Source: an uncultured bacterium (GTDB taxonomy: Bacteria > Babelota > Babeliae > Babelales > Vermiphilaceae). From it: 64,000 nt of DNA. Below are positions 61,191-64,000 of this stretch, one piece after another. Made by a program: the position numbers and the translations under genes. The stretch is from positions 640,001 through 704,000 of the forward strand of contig OY968764.1 of the NCBI GenBank assembly GCA_963695335.1, given 5' to 3'. Under the pieces are notes generated by a model. The model was not told where the DNA came from and did no database searches. It saw only the letters and a list, made by a program, of their open reading frames with translations. Within the stretch, counting starts at the first letter, position 1. Each line of letters opens with the position of its first letter.

Positions 61191-62369
61191 ATGATTAAAC
61201 GTTTTTCTATTGTGCATTCGGTACTGTTTAGTGTGTGTATAAGTATCATGATGATTCTCATGATACTTCTTTTTATTGAATATCGTTTTTTTTGCAAACA
61301 AGCGCGGGAAATGGTTGAGCTTAAACAGCAGTATGCTGTGTATGTTGCTTTATTTAATCAACGTTTATATCCCGATGATTCTTGTCTATATTCCAATGAT
61401 CCTAGTAGCGCTCGCCCTGAACTTGTTGAAGGGTATCTTGGAGCACTCGAAGATATCCTTTTTCCCCAGTTTTCGTTTCACTCCAAACCGGGGTCCCCGT
61501 CTGAAGGAACTGAAGATGGGGTTAAACAGGCTCAGGGTGAGCGCGGGGTGACAAGTGACGATTTTGATGCTTCATCTTTTGACCGGGTCCCCGATCGAAA
61601 CGATAGTGAAGATTGGGGTGGAGTTGATGAATCATCAATTTCCATGGATGAAATTCTTGCCGCAGAAGCCAGCGACGCACCAGATGATGACGATGATTAT
61701 GTAGATGATTCTTTTGTGGTAATTAATAGGCAACCTGAATACCTTAAGCAATCAACATTTGATTATATGCAGGCACAAGAACTTAATTCATTAATGACAG
61801 CAATTGATGTTGATCGTTGGTCTGATTATACTGAATCATCTTCACGCCCAGTTATATCTGCACCAACAAAAAAACCTACTGCACAAAATAAGCGTGTTAC
61901 TAAACCTGTAACTAAGCCCAAACAGCATATTACAGTGCAACGTTCGTTTAAAGATTGTGGATTTATTTTACCGATTGATGCAGGTAAATTTTGGTTGAGT
62001 TCACTGTTTGGTCCACGTAAACGTGTTGACGGAACATGGGGATTTCATCATGGCATTGATATGGCGGCTGTAAAAGGTACGCCTGTAAAAGTAGCACGAG
62101 CGGGAACGGTTGTAGAAGCTGGTTTTCAGACAGGATACGGTAATACCGTTGTTGTGCAGCATTCTGATGCATTAAAAACACGCTATGCTCATTTGCATAC
62201 CATTCGTGTATATATGGGACAAAAGATAAAACAAGGTATTATTGTGGGGACGGTGGGAGAAACAGGATTTATTAGAAAAAAAGGAAAAGACGGTTCACAT
62301 TTGCATTTTGAAGTGTATGAAAAAGGTAAGCGAGTGAATCCTATGCATTGTTTACCAAGAGCAGTATAA
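61191..62369 (+). CDS. M23 family metallopeptidase with repeat-derived linker insertions
   Basis: HHGIDMAA..GTPV, GYGN.VVVQH, YAHL, HLHFEV. Confidence 0.92.
   Translation: MIKRFSIVHSVLFSVCISIMMILMILLFIEYRFFCKQAREMVELKQQYAVYVALFNQRLYPDDSCLYSNDPSSARPELVEGYLGALEDILFPQFSFHSKPGSPSEGTEDGVKQAQGERGVTSDDFDASSFDRVPDRNDSEDWGGVDESSISMDEILAAEASDAPDDDDDYVDDSFVVINRQPEYLKQSTFDYMQAQELNSLMTAIDVDRWSDYTESSSRPVISAPTKKPTAQNKRVTKPVTKPKQHITVQRSFKDCGFILPIDAGKFWLSSLFGPRKRVDGTWGFHHGIDMAAVKGTPVKVARAGTVVEAGFQTGYGNTVVVQHSDALKTRYAHLHTIRVYMGQKIKQGIIVGTVGETGFIRKKGKDGSHLHFEVYEKGKRVNPMHCLPRAV
61408..61544. repeat. Family A repeat with nested family C unit, in-frame in M23 gene
   Basis: Matches 36835-36908 with 63 extra bp containing cccc..ggggtcccc..gggg (61464-61521). 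Confidence 0.9.
61581..61618. repeat. Partial family C unit, in-frame in M23 gene
   Basis: gggtccccgatcgaaacgatagtgaagattgggg. Confidence 0.7.
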
Positions 62370-62470
62370 TCCTTCGATACATTTTTGAAGACAAAAACAC
62401 TCAGGATGACCGGAAGATAATGATGATTCCCGCTCGCCCTGAGTGCCCCGTTAGGGGTGTATCGAAGGGT
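62369..62470. repeat. Palindromic repeat, family B
   Basis: atccttcgatacatttttgaagacaaaaacactcagga...ccgctcgccctgagtg...tgtatcgaagggt. Confidence 0.9.
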
Positions 62471-62507
62471 GCGGGAAAGAAAAAATATTACATATTAAAG
62501 GAAAAAG

Positions 62508-63485
62508 ATGGCGCAAGATAATATTAAAAAGCAACAAAGTTGGCTTTCCAGTATCACCGAATTTTTGTTTTTATTAATGGTTGTTTTTTTGATTCGTACG
62601 TTTGGTTTTGGATTGTATCAAGTACCAACCGGATCAATGGAAACAACTATGTTAGTTGGAGAACGGTTTTTTGCAGATAAATTTTCTTATAATTTCAGAA
62701 AACCACGGTTTGGTGAAATTATTTCCATGAATGATCCTGAATTTAAATATTCAAAAAACTCTTTAATGAATCTATTTCAGCATTATGTGTGGGGACCATC
62801 CAACTGGACAAAGCGAGTTATTGGTTTGCCTGGAGATACTATTAAAGGTGTTATAGAAGATGGTAAAGCGGTTGTGTATCGTAATGGTCAGAAGTTAGAT
62901 GAGCCGTATATTAATAAATATCCACTCTTGAGATCATTCAAACAAGATATCAATGTATTAATGCAACAGATAGAACAAGATATACAGCAGATGGCACGTG
63001 GATACAAGCTTGATCGTAGTGCTGTTGATGCATATGTGATGCAACGGTTATCGCAAGAATTGTCTGCTCCACGCTCATATGATCCATCTGTGCCGTATGA
63101 TCAACAACCATTTTATCGTACCAATGCAAATCGAGTAATTCGTGATGAAGAAGGCAATCTTGAATTGATCGTTCCAGGCGAACCGTTGATGCCAAGAAAT
63201 GGTGTGTTGGTTTCTGATGAATCGCGCAATAATTGGAATGGCTCAGATGTGTTTTTTGTTAAGCTTGGTCCAGATGAATATTGGGGAATGGGAGATAACC
63301 GTTTAGGTAGTCATGATTCACGTTTTTTTGGAATTATTAAAGAGCGGGAAATTCACGGTAGAATTCTGTTCCGTATTTGGTCAATGGATAGTGATGAAGC
63401 GTGGTGGATTTTAGACCTTATTAAACATCCAATAGATTTTTGGTCACGAATCCGTTGGAGCAGATGGCTGCAGTTTGTACGCTAG
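62508..63485 (+). CDS. lepB: Signal peptidase I
   Basis: VPTGSMETT, KRVIGLPGD, MGDNR..SHDSRFFG. Confidence 0.95.
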   Translation: MAQDNIKKQQSWLSSITEFLFLLMVVFLIRTFGFGLYQVPTGSMETTMLVGERFFADKFSYNFRKPRFGEIISMNDPEFKYSKNSLMNLFQHYVWGPSNWTKRVIGLPGDTIKGVIEDGKAVVYRNGQKLDEPYINKYPLLRSFKQDINVLMQQIEQDIQQMARGYKLDRSAVDAYVMQRLSQELSAPRSYDPSVPYDQQPFYRTNANRVIRDEEGNLELIVPGEPLMPRNGVLVSDESRNNWNGSDVFFVKLGPDEYWGMGDNRLGSHDSRFFGIIKEREIHGRILFRIWSMDSDEAWWILDLIKHPIDFWSRIRWSRWLQFVR

Positions 63486-63503
63486 TAGATTATATTATAA
63501 ATA

Positions 63504-63536
63504 AAAATGCGCATCTTTAAACGATGCGCATTTTTT
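63504..63536. terminator. Bidirectional intrinsic terminator
   Basis: aaaatgcgcatc/gatgcgcatttt. Confidence 0.8.
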
Positions 63537-63978
63537 ATTGATTATTTTTGTTATGAATTGTGTTCCAGTAGTTTTTGTACGTATCAAACTCTTTTTCGTC
63601 ATATACACGATCACTTACTATTGTGAAAGTGTTATTACCATCGGTGAGAGTATAAGTTTTGTCTGTCTCTATAAATAAATTGAGAGGTACGGCAGACAAT
63701 AATCTATCTTTTAAAAATTTGTAGATTGGGTTTCTTGTATCATTGTTCATTGGTGTAAAATGAATTGTCTTTTCTATGGCATTATCTTTGTAAAAGCTAC
63801 GTATATCATCTCTGCAATATTCATGTAATGCAATATACCCTCCCAGTGGTTGGAGAACCAAGGTGTTACTATCGCTTTGCTTTAATTGTGATCTTTGTTG
63901 GTCTTTTTCCATTCCTATAAGAGAAATAGAGATTGCTGATAATCCGATTAATAGATATTTTTGGTATGATTTACTCAT
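63535..63978 (-). CDS. Hypothetical secreted protein
   Basis: Signal peptide ending LIG followed by ME. Confidence 0.65.
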   Translation of the reverse strand: MSKSYQKYLLIGLSAISISLIGMEKDQQRSQLKQSDSNTLVLQPLGGYIALHEYCRDDIRSFYKDNAIEKTIHFTPMNNDTRNPIYKFLKDRLLSAVPLNLFIETDKTYTLTDGNNTFTIVSDRVYDEKEFDTYKNYWNTIHNKNNQ

Positions 63979-64000
63979 TTTTTAGCCTTTCAGTTTGCTC

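Overview
AT-rich bacterial chromosome segment. Gene content (many secreted WD40/ankyrin-like proteins, AAA+PD-(D/E)XK proteins, Cys-rich envelope proteins) suggests a protist-associated Candidatus Dependentiae (TM6/Babeliae) organism; this assignment is an inference. Housekeeping genes (folC-like, tsaC/sua5, pilA, pilD, rbfA, rpsU, gltX, an Omp85 gene, potABCD, metG, topA, plsC, batABCDE, M23 peptidase, lepB) are interspersed with clusters of putative host-directed effectors. The main result is an apparently complete IS110-family element (49648-50823, minus strand) whose bridge-RNA logic can be read from the sequence. It has duplicated CT cores, a target-binding loop matching the flank (GCTCGTCCT / CTGA), a donor-binding loop matching its own ends (ATAATCGCT / CTCATA), and a TTGACT-N17-TATGAT promoter that forms only on circularisation. 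Its target is a dispersed palindromic REP-like repeat family that nests inside itself and also lies in-frame within several genes. Other notable signals: an 84-bp, almost purely synonymously diverged second copy of the Omp85 gene 3' end beside a secreted-protein island, a shared operator-like palindrome, a COLGALT1-like glycosyltransferase next to a pilin and a collagen-like gene, and a recurrent signal-peptide+Met-Glu / F-box-like architecture in the effectors.
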